Source of the DNA: an uncultured Syntrophaceae bacterium
GTDB lineage: Bacteria > Desulfobacterota > Syntrophia > Syntrophales > UBA4778
Direction of reading: 5' to 3'
Length of the DNA: 64,000 bases
NCBI GenBank assembly: GCA_964597995.1
Contig: CAZRAC010000002.1
Coordinates: 51-64,050 of the forward strand
A program made the position numbers and the translations under genes. The notes beneath the pieces are model-generated. The model ran no database searches and was not told the DNA's origin. It saw only the letters and a program-made list of their open reading frames with translations. This document shows positions 41,564 through 48,481 of this stretch, piece after piece; the first letter of the stretch is position 1, and each line of letters opens with the position of its first letter.

Positions 41564-44500
41564 TTACGATTTCCAATACGAGCCGCGACGATGCACGTGT
41601 TTATGGCTAGACCACAAGTTATGAAGACTCTCCCTCAACGCAAGGGTGTCCTGATGTTTTAGGTCGCGTTCTCCCCAAAGAAGCCACACTAAGGTTTGGT
41701 GGGTATGATTTAAATAACACTTCATCAAATCGGCGCGTAAGTACAGTAAGTGGGAGCGGAACGTGTCTTCATCGGCCTTGAACTTTCGATATATTGTGGC
41801 GACACGTCCGCCTTGATCGTATAAGTCCCATTCGCCTTGTCTATTAACTAAACTTAGTTGCTCACAAATTGCTGGGGCAGGAACCGTAATGCCGCTCACC
41901 TGATTGAGTGGACTGTGGTAGCCTTCCCAAGCAAAGCTGTAAACAGGCACTTCAACAGGAATCCCCGTACTGCTATGCCTCGAAAAAGCTTTCCGTATAT
42001 CGCGCTTTACTCTACCATCTTGTTCGCGGAGGTGTGATCCGAAACGGGGAGACCAAGGAATTTCGCCTGCGTATGTGTAGTAGTCTTCCGTTGGCTCCGG
42101 GATAGCCATATTGCCTGGGTACTCGACCGTCTTAAAAGCTGCCAATAGCTTTTTGACATGACCGCGTTCCACCAGCAAGCCCCGGAGAAAAGTAAATACA
42201 CACCTTGGGTCATCCTTTGAAGACTGCTCAATGTAACCGTCTAGAAGCACCCACGGGCCATCCTGACCATCCACTTCTTTAAGATGTAGCAGATGATTGT
42301 AATTTGGAATGGGGCCATCTGTGATCCATGCCCGAGGTTCTGCAGGAGTCTTGGTGAATAAATCGGGTAACGGGGGTTGCCAAGTCTTCGCAGGTTCAGG
42401 GAAGCTGGGATCAATGTCGGCGTCAGATGAGCGTTCGCCAGCTCGCCAATCCGGTAAAGTGCCCTCGTCGAACCTAATTCCATACATTTCAAAGAAAGCT
42501 ATCCAAGAATATTTCTTCCCGTATCTGTCTGTCTTTGGGACTCCACGGCTTTCAGCTCGCCATGATGAGCCGCGGATTCTCTTGTCTATCTCGGCAAACT
42601 GACTTGACCTGTATCCCAATTGCGCGATCCTGTATTCGATTTGATGCCTAACTTTTCGATATATTGAGTTATCAAAGTCGTAGTTTCTTCTATGCGGAAT
42701 CAGCCTGCCAATGGTATAGTTTCCGAAGTCCATAAGGATTGACCCCTTGGCTTCGGCTATATCAGAGTCGCTGATTTTATCCGGTTCCAAAAATGGTGAG
42801 GGAATTTGACTGAACGTAGGTTGTAAGTGCGTTCTCTGCTCATCTGGTATGCATCCGGGAGCCAACCGGGTTGCCAGATTGATTACACCCCGGGCATAGT
42901 CCCTCATCAAGACATGGCAGGTAGCGTGCGGAGCTTTAGGAACGAACATCTCCTCTACCAATTTGCGTGCAAAGTCAGGGAGTCCCTTACGTAGCTCTTC
43001 ACCCCGAGGATCGGCCCAAAGCGACATCACAACGCCGTAACACGCCGCAAGCATACGCTCAGGTACATAAGGGTCATTTATTTCCAGTGAGTTCAGTGTC
43101 AGATCAAATAGAGCCTTTGGATTGCTGCATCCAAACCAATACAACGCACGTGTGGCATGATCACGTAGCAGACGGACTGTGCTTGTGAGGGTCCACATCA
43201 TCCACCGTGCTTTCAACTGATCCCGGGGGCTTAGAGCCTGCACCGACCGCCAGCGTTGCTCTAACCACTTTATATCTTCAAGTATATCTTCTTGCCTGCT
43301 GCGAACCCATTCCGTCCATCGGCGATCGCGTTCCGCCATCGACATTGAGCGAAGAACTTCGTTCAAGAAATCCACATTCAGGGGATGGGCTTGAGCCGCA
43401 CGGGTGGTCCAGAGCCTATAGAATAGGTCACGGTGTCCTTGCGGCTGTTGAGCAGTAAGGGTGGCTAATTGTGATACTGTCTCACTATCCAAGAACTCCT
43501 TGTCCAACCATGCCGAGTTATAAAGAGCCTTTGTCCGGAGTGGTTCGTCCAACAGGGTCCAGAGTTGCTCTCTGTATCTGCGGCGAGGCGTCAGCCCCAC
43601 AAGAGCCGTAAAGATATCAGCTGCGAGTGGATGCTGCTCTCCTACATCACCCGCAATCATTTTTGTTGCTTCCGCTTGTAACCATCTCATAAACTCATCA
43701 GACCCTGCATACTTCTCAATCAGTGCATCGGCTACGAGATGACCGGCTAAGGCATCATAAACGACAGCTATCTGATTACCACCCAAACGGGGGTCGGATA
43801 CTCGGATGAGCACACGTTCCTGTTCCAGGGCTCGGATAATGCTCTGATCCCACGGACGAACATGATCGCCTAACCGTTCGCGTAATTCATCAAGATCAAG
43901 GCTGCGCGTTTTCGCTTCCCATAAACACAAGCCGATCTTGCTAAGCACGGTGCGAATGTCAGACTCAAAGTAACGCCAGGAACGAGGCGAGAGCTGTGCA
44001 ATGCGTTCTGCTACCTGTTCCAAGTATCGCTCAAACAATGAGGTCAGTGAGCCAGGCATCGCTTCAACACCTACGAGCCGCTCACGTTTAGGATTTGTCA
44101 CCTCGCAAAACATGCGCAACGTGAGTGGATGTTGGAGAAGTTCCAATGGTAGCGCTGCATCCGATGGGTCGATCTGGTAATATTTGAAATAACGGCGCAC
44201 TGCATCATAGATGTCGTGTCCAAAGCCTGGTATCTCCAATCGTTCAACCCCATCGGGCAGCGCCTCTTTAACAAAGTCTGAACGAAGAGTGCACACCACC
44301 ACGACATATGGATACCGGGCTAGCATCTCATTCAGTGATGCAAGTTGCTGCTTCCAGTCGCGAGGATCCTCTGCTTCGTTCAAGCCGTCAAGGACGATGG
44401 GTAAACGTCTGCCCGCACGCTGACCTGCAGCGTCTACGGCAGCGACTAACGCTGCGAAACTCTCTACAGGGCGGCCGTTGATAACAAATCTGCGAGCAAG

Positions 44501-45598
44501 ATCATCAAGGGTTCCTCGGGCTGCCAGGTCACGTCCGTGGATCAGGATACCGGCAGGACGGTTCTCTACCGGGGCAGTGAGTTGGGCTGATAGGTGAGTC
44601 TTACCATATCCTGCATCAGCAACAACCGCGATCAAGCGATCCTCCAGCGCCTTGCGAAAATCATCGAGGAGCCGATTAGCAGCGAAAATATCTGCCACCA
44701 CGTTAGTGGCCCGCAAAACGACAGGACGTCGCTCTCTCCTCAATCGGCGAAGCAAGACATTCCACCCAAGATCAGGACCGCCTCGGGCAGTAAGTGCTTG
44801 ATGCACGATTTCATAATCTCCACCTGCCAAAGCGGTATGCGTCTGACCTAAGGTGTCTGCAACGAGAGTTGCGGTCACGACTAACCTACTGACCTCTTCC
44901 ACGATGTCCTTAGGCAAACTTGCCAGCTCAGTGCTGACAGCAGCAACACCATCCCGAAGCCGGTTTGTCACCGCTGTCAGATCAGACCAAGCTTCCTCCT
45001 CACCCAATGTGCGACGAAGTGAACGCTCGGCATCCACAATTTGGTGTGCTTCAGGCAGCCATCTTCCTGAAATACGCGCAACCGATTCATTATGCTTGTC
45101 GCTCAGCAAGTCCGGCGTAAGAACGAGTTCGCCGAAATAGGTACCGCGAAGGATTTCTGCGGGCCCACTGAGATGTGTTTCAACATCAGCGGCCGTCCAA
45201 AGATGGAGCCTCATGTGTGTTTGCAAACCATAGAACCATTCCTGATCACCTTCCGTCAGAGTGTGTCTTGTCCAGAGAATCCAGTCGGTCAATTCGGGAA
45301 GAATTTCTTTTGTCTTCCTGATAGCCTCCTCAATTTGTCTTCTCCGTGTATTTCCGATGGCCCGTCCACTCTGAAGGTCATACCACCTGCATTGCCAGCC
45401 ATACCAGCGCCCAGGTTCTCCCAGAGGGCACCTTGCGTGTAGTTTTAAGTGGAACTCAACCCCTGGTTGATTAGCAAGGGCGCGAAAATCACCATATTGC
45501 CCATAGTGCAGGCGAATGATTGCACGGCACAGTTGCTCGAAGTTGCGGGTTTCATCCCCAGGCAATGTCGCAAATATTTTCCAGTTCAATGCAGGCAC
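41564..45598 (-). CDS. NACHT/STAND-family NTPase with a distinct N-terminal domain and an ~880-aa C-terminal region of unknown fold
   Basis: 1344 aa, GTG start preceded by GGGAGGGAGG. Walker A is ADAGYGKT (aa 327-334, nt 44597-44620) and Walker B is IVLDGLNE (aa 401-408, nt 44375-44398). VVVVCTLRSD and LEIPGFG...YF follow in NACHT order. Confidence 0.75.
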   Translation of the reverse strand: MPALNWKIFATLPGDETRNFEQLCRAIIRLHYGQYGDFRALANQPGVEFHLKLHARCPLGEPGRWYGWQCRWYDLQSGRAIGNTRRRQIEEAIRKTKEILPELTDWILWTRHTLTEGDQEWFYGLQTHMRLHLWTAADVETHLSGPAEILRGTYFGELVLTPDLLSDKHNESVARISGRWLPEAHQIVDAERSLRRTLGEEEAWSDLTAVTNRLRDGVAAVSTELASLPKDIVEEVSRLVVTATLVADTLGQTHTALAGGDYEIVHQALTARGGPDLGWNVLLRRLRRERRPVVLRATNVVADIFAANRLLDDFRKALEDRLIAVVADAGYGKTHLSAQLTAPVENRPAGILIHGRDLAARGTLDDLARRFVINGRPVESFAALVAAVDAAGQRAGRRLPIVLDGLNEAEDPRDWKQQLASLNEMLARYPYVVVVCTLRSDFVKEALPDGVERLEIPGFGHDIYDAVRRYFKYYQIDPSDAALPLELLQHPLTLRMFCEVTNPKRERLVGVEAMPGSLTSLFERYLEQVAERIAQLSPRSWRYFESDIRTVLSKIGLCLWEAKTRSLDLDELRERLGDHVRPWDQSIIRALEQERVLIRVSDPRLGGNQIAVVYDALAGHLVADALIEKYAGSDEFMRWLQAEATKMIAGDVGEQHPLAADIFTALVGLTPRRRYREQLWTLLDEPLRTKALYNSAWLDKEFLDSETVSQLATLTAQQPQGHRDLFYRLWTTRAAQAHPLNVDFLNEVLRSMSMAERDRRWTEWVRSRQEDILEDIKWLEQRWRSVQALSPRDQLKARWMMWTLTSTVRLLRDHATRALYWFGCSNPKALFDLTLNSLEINDPYVPERMLAACYGVVMSLWADPRGEELRKGLPDFARKLVEEMFVPKAPHATCHVLMRDYARGVINLATRLAPGCIPDEQRTHLQPTFSQIPSPFLEPDKISDSDIAEAKGSILMDFGNYTIGRLIPHRRNYDFDNSIYRKVRHQIEYRIAQLGYRSSQFAEIDKRIRGSSWRAESRGVPKTDRYGKKYSWIAFFEMYGIRFDEGTLPDWRAGERSSDADIDPSFPEPAKTWQPPLPDLFTKTPAEPRAWITDGPIPNYNHLLHLKEVDGQDGPWVLLDGYIEQSSKDDPRCVFTFLRGLLVERGHVKKLLAAFKTVEYPGNMAIPEPTEDYYTYAGEIPWSPRFGSHLREQDGRVKRDIRKAFSRHSSTGIPVEVPVYSFAWEGYHSPLNQVSGITVPAPAICEQLSLVNRQGEWDLYDQGGRVATIYRKFKADEDTFRSHLLYLRADLMKCYLNHTHQTLVWLLWGERDLKHQDTLALRESLHNLWSSHKHVHRRGSYWKS

Positions 45599-45616
45599 AA
45601 CGTCCTCCCTCCCATC

Positions 45617-46030
45617 TCAAGAAGACCTGCCACGCCCGTACCCTGTATTAGGATAGTTATGGGCCGAATACACTTCTACCTTAGCACCTTTATCTAAGAG
45701 AACCTTGAGGAATGCAGAAACATCCGCCTCCTCTGTAGTAATAACTACTTTGTTGCCATCGACATCAACCTGAACGTCATAAAGTAGTTGCTCCAATTCT
45801 GCCGGACCAAGAATGTACAGATTTGCTGCTCTCAAGAGTTCCAACATTCCGTCTGTGAACCGATCTTGGGGAACTGTATTACTCTGGTTCTTGTCCGCAT
45901 CATCCTTTACCTGACCAGCAAGCTGGCTAAGCAAGTCTTTGGCTTTTTCTGCATCGCTGACTTCTTTGAAGTGCCCGATCATAACAAGATTCATGGAGTG
46001 TTCAGAGCCATAGCCCTTCCAAATCTTCAT
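45617..46030 (-). CDS. Hypothetical 137-aa protein (no family recognised), translationally coupled between the radical SAM and NACHT genes
   Basis: The ORF track starts at 46045. The ATG at 46030 is preceded by GGGAGG at 7 nt and overlaps the upstream stop (ATGA). No TM segment or signal peptide is seen. The tail is Gly/Arg/Tyr-rich (YSAHNYPNTGYGRGRSS). Confidence 0.6.
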   Translation of the reverse strand: MKIWKGYGSEHSMNLVMIGHFKEVSDAEKAKDLLSQLAGQVKDDADKNQSNTVPQDRFTDGMLELLRAANLYILGPAELEQLLYDVQVDVDGNKVVITTEEADVSAFLKVLLDKGAKVEVYSAHNYPNTGYGRGRSS

Positions 46031-46965
46031 TTTGCAACCTCCCACATTGATTCAAGCATTCTTAGAGCTTCCATTACCCCTCCCGACGCAATGGGGATAC
46101 CATGTTTATCATACGATGATCTTTTGATTGTTCCTGATGCATCGATATGAGCATATGCACGAAGCTCAGTTTCTCTGGGCAAGGGGTCCGCAATGGGCAT
46201 ACTGTCCCGACCTACTTCGCTTACAGCTATACGAATGGGGCCAGCATAAGAGTGCACCCACCTGCGCAGTGCTTGCATTGTGCTATTGTCAATACCGCTT
46301 CCCTTGTTTGTAGGGAGCTGCGGAAGTAGGAGAAACTCAGATGCACCGACTTCTGCTGCCAGCGCGATAGCTGCGTCTATTTCGGGAAGAGTGAGGCAGT
46401 TTACCAGATAATTGATGCCAAAGGGAGCACACTCACGAATCACTTCAAGCTTTTGGAGTAGTGCTGAAAAAGACCGGTTACGTATCTTCTCATATGTGGC
46501 GCCGATGCCGTCCATGCTGACGCGGATGAAATGTACATTTCCCTTTAAGGTAGCGGCCAATCGGCCATCGATGTGGTGTCCATGTGTTGTGAATGTCGCA
46601 GCCATGCCGGTGTTTTGGGTAACATGGTTGCATATATGAAGCAGGTTTTTGTACAAAGTTGGTTCACCGCCTCCGAAACCGACACCAATACACCCATTTG
46701 CATCAAGCTCGTCTAACCAATCAATTAACCGGCCCATACTAAGCATGGCCGGATTTTTGGGCGCAAAACAATGAGGACAATCAAGATCACATGCATTCGC
46801 TAACGCAATCGAGACATGGCGTGGCGCAGTGGACCACAACTCCTGAGCCACTTTAGCGTCGTCGATAAGAAGGTTCAGTCCTGTCTCGCGACTAAAAAGG
46901 AGGATGCCATCGGGGCCTGTTCGCACTTTGAACCGATGGAGCATTTTAACTATACCAGGCCGCAT
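46027..46965 (-). CDS. Radical SAM enzyme (no SPASM/twitch auxiliary Cys cluster evident)
   Basis: 312 aa with CxxxCxxC at C59/C63/C66 (ANACDLDCPHCF, nt 46768-46791) and the SAM-binding GGGEP (aa 98-102). The C-terminal half has only two isolated Cys. Confidence 0.8.
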   Translation of the reverse strand: MRPGIVKMLHRFKVRTGPDGILLFSRETGLNLLIDDAKVAQELWSTAPRHVSIALANACDLDCPHCFAPKNPAMLSMGRLIDWLDELDANGCIGVGFGGGEPTLYKNLLHICNHVTQNTGMAATFTTHGHHIDGRLAATLKGNVHFIRVSMDGIGATYEKIRNRSFSALLQKLEVIRECAPFGINYLVNCLTLPEIDAAIALAAEVGASEFLLLPQLPTNKGSGIDNSTMQALRRWVHSYAGPIRIAVSEVGRDSMPIADPLPRETELRAYAHIDASGTIKRSSYDKHGIPIASGGVMEALRMLESMWEVAK

Positions 46966-46972
46966 ATTTGTA

Positions 46973-47001
46973 ATTTTATCAAGAGTAAATCACATCGTTA
47001 A
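46973..47001 (-). promoter_or_regulatory. Putative sigma70-type promoter of the cassette (TTAACG-N17-TAAAAT)
   Basis: Read on the minus strand, the -35 TTAACG is at 47001-46996 and the -10 TAAAAT at 46978-46973, ending 7 nt before the ATG at 46965. There is no SD before that ATG, so the mRNA may be leaderless or short-leader. Confidence 0.3.
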
Positions 47002-47018
47002 TTCTAATTCTCCCTCGG

Positions 47019-47291
47019 TCAGGTCAGTGCCCGGTCATACCACATAAGTAGCTTCGGGTCTTCCTGGAGGACGTTCTCGGGAATCTTGCGGGCCACGGTG
47101 ATGATGGTGGCGTAGTCGCGCTCCTGCCAGGCCTTCTTAAATCCGGCGCGGACGGCCTCGTACTTGTCGGAGACGTACTTGAAGAGCAGGGTGAGGATGT
47201 AGTCCTTGTACTGAGAGGCGTCCATGCCGCCCCGCAGTTCGTCACAGGATTGCCAGAGGGAGGAATAGAGCTGCGATTTTTTCAGGGCCAT
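47019..47291 (-). pseudogene. hsdM: Truncated type I R-M methyltransferase (HsdM-like) remnant
   Basis: 90-aa ORF. The first about 44 aa (MALKKSQLYSSLWQSCDELRGGMDASQYKDYILTLLFKYVSDKY) match the HsdM N-terminal domain. No AdoMet-binding or NPPY/F catalytic region follows, and the ORF is far shorter than any functional HsdM. Confidence 0.65.
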
Positions 47292-47329
47292 CGGTCAGTA
47301 CCTCATCGCATCCATTGTTCTTCTACCTT

Positions 47330-47405
47330 GCGCTTCCCCACCGCCGGGAAAACTCGAGATTGAATATACTGGATTCCGCCCCGATTTTCATCGGGCTGAC
47401 GCGCC
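47330..47405. repeat. REP-like hairpin units (inverted copy of the 33.4-kb unit)
   Basis: gccccgattttcatcgggc (47378-47396) is the reverse complement of the cccgatgaaaatcgggg unit at 33412-33428, and the flanks also match (gcgtca.cccgatgaaaatcggggcgg.atc). A second small palindrome, ttccc...gggaa, lies at about 47334-47350. Confidence 0.65.
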
Positions 47406-47453
47406 GGAATGGCAAAAATGGTGATCCTCGATTTTTTTGCGAGTCGATCAATG

Positions 47454-48083
47454 CTATGCCTTTATGGGCTCGATGCCGGCAAGGGCCGTAACGGATTTTT
47501 CGGGCACGAGCAGGCAGGCCTCCGTCAGTCGGACGCCGAGCTGGTCGAGGCCGAGGGTCCTGTATATCCACTCCTGGTTTTGCAGCGGAAAGTCGCCGTA
47601 GCCCGCGGAAAAACGCCTTTTCGTGAGTCTGCGGTTTTCCCGGCGGAGTTTCCCTTCGAGGTACGCCATCATCCAGTCCAGGGCAAGGTCCACCACTTCG
47701 CTCGCCGCCGCGTCCAGGACCACGGCGCGGGTCATTCTGCCCCGCTCTGTATCTTTTTTGATTTCCTCCATGATGGCGGCCCCGGCGGTTGCGCCCATCA
47801 GCATGACTTCGTCCGAATGCCTGAGCAGCCCGGCGAGGCTTCTGCTCGCCAGCGTCTCGCCGTTCGCGAGTTTGATTTCCGTGTCCTTTTCCCTGTCGAT
47901 GGCCAACCGGACGGCAACACCGGCAAGGCGGATGAGGGAGAGGGCGTCGTCGATCGCACGGTCTGTTTCCTCCGCCTCGTGGGGCTTGAGGCGGGTCGTC
48001 CCTTTCCGGTATCCCAGCCGTCTGTAGATCTTTTCTTTCGGTGCCGCGAGGGTTATGGTGTCAAAAAAAAATGAACGTGCCAT
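47454..48083 (-). CDS. Stand-alone methionine synthase reactivation (AdoMet-binding, Met_synt_B12) domain protein
   Basis: 209 aa. RFSAGYGDFPLQNQEWIYRTLGLDQLGVRLTEACLLVPEKSVTALAGI matches the MetH activation-domain signature (RxxxGYxxxP ... P.KS). Confidence 0.78.
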   Translation of the reverse strand: MARSFFFDTITLAAPKEKIYRRLGYRKGTTRLKPHEAEETDRAIDDALSLIRLAGVAVRLAIDREKDTEIKLANGETLASRSLAGLLRHSDEVMLMGATAGAAIMEEIKKDTERGRMTRAVVLDAAASEVVDLALDWMMAYLEGKLRRENRRLTKRRFSAGYGDFPLQNQEWIYRTLGLDQLGVRLTEACLLVPEKSVTALAGIEPIKA

Positions 48084-48221
48084 GAGGTTATCCGGCCCCG
48101 TCTTAGCTCCTTTCCCTCTTGTTTTGGGGACTTATCTCCATATAACACTTCCGGCCGTCAAACTAAAGGCCAAAGATTTTTAGCGAAGAGATCTCATCCT
48201 TGACAACGGTTCGAGGGCTGT

Positions 48222-48380
48222 GCTAAGGGTCACGCCAGATGGGACAAGGGAAGACGGTGGGAATCCGTCGCGGTCGCGCCGCTGTTACCGGGACGAAAGC
48301 CTTTGAAACCACTGCCCGCTTCAGGCGGGTGGGAAGGTCGGCGAGTAGGGGGAACCGGGAGCCAGAAGACCTACCCATCG
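48222..48380 (+). promoter_or_regulatory. Cobalamin (B12) riboswitch aptamer
   Basis: Conserved core agggaagacggtgggaatccgtcgcggtcgcgccgctgttaccggg, the B12 box aaccactgcccgcttcaggcgggtgggaaggtc, and the closing gccagaagacctaccc. It lies directly upstream of the cob operon. Confidence 0.85.
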
Positions 48381-48446
48381 ACGAAACCTGATACCGACCT
48401 TCGCGCCATAGGGTCGGTTTCGAGTCTGCGCCGGATGGAAAACGTC

Positions 48447-48481
48447 ATCCCTGGGCCTTGATGGGTCTGGGGATTTTTTTT
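48447..48481 (+). terminator. Intrinsic terminator (riboswitch expression platform)
   Basis: 11-bp stem AUCCCUGGGCC / GGUCUGGGGAU (three G-U pairs) with a 6-nt loop, followed by a T8 run at 48474-48481, immediately before the first cob gene. Confidence 0.65.

Larger units (their letters stand above)
41470..47018. other. Lower-G+C genomic islet carrying the radical SAM / orphan / NACHT operon
   Basis: Hand counts give 26/60 G+C at 42601-42660 and 31/60 at 44101-44160, against 36/60 at 40081-40140 and 43/60 at 49381-49440. Boundaries are approximate. No mobility gene is present. Confidence 0.6.

Noticed and set aside
47323-47571. 82-aa minus-strand ORF between the hsdM remnant and the metH-activation gene.
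   Set aside because: It runs through the REP-like hairpins and overlaps the 3' end of the activation-domain gene in another frame.
48200-48229. TTGACA-N18-TAAGGG as the cob operon promoter.
   Set aside because: The -10 is poor. The implied transcription start (about 48236) would fall inside the 5' strand of the riboswitch closing helix (ggtc at 48228-48231 pairs with gacc at 48369-48372). The real promoter must therefore lie further upstream.
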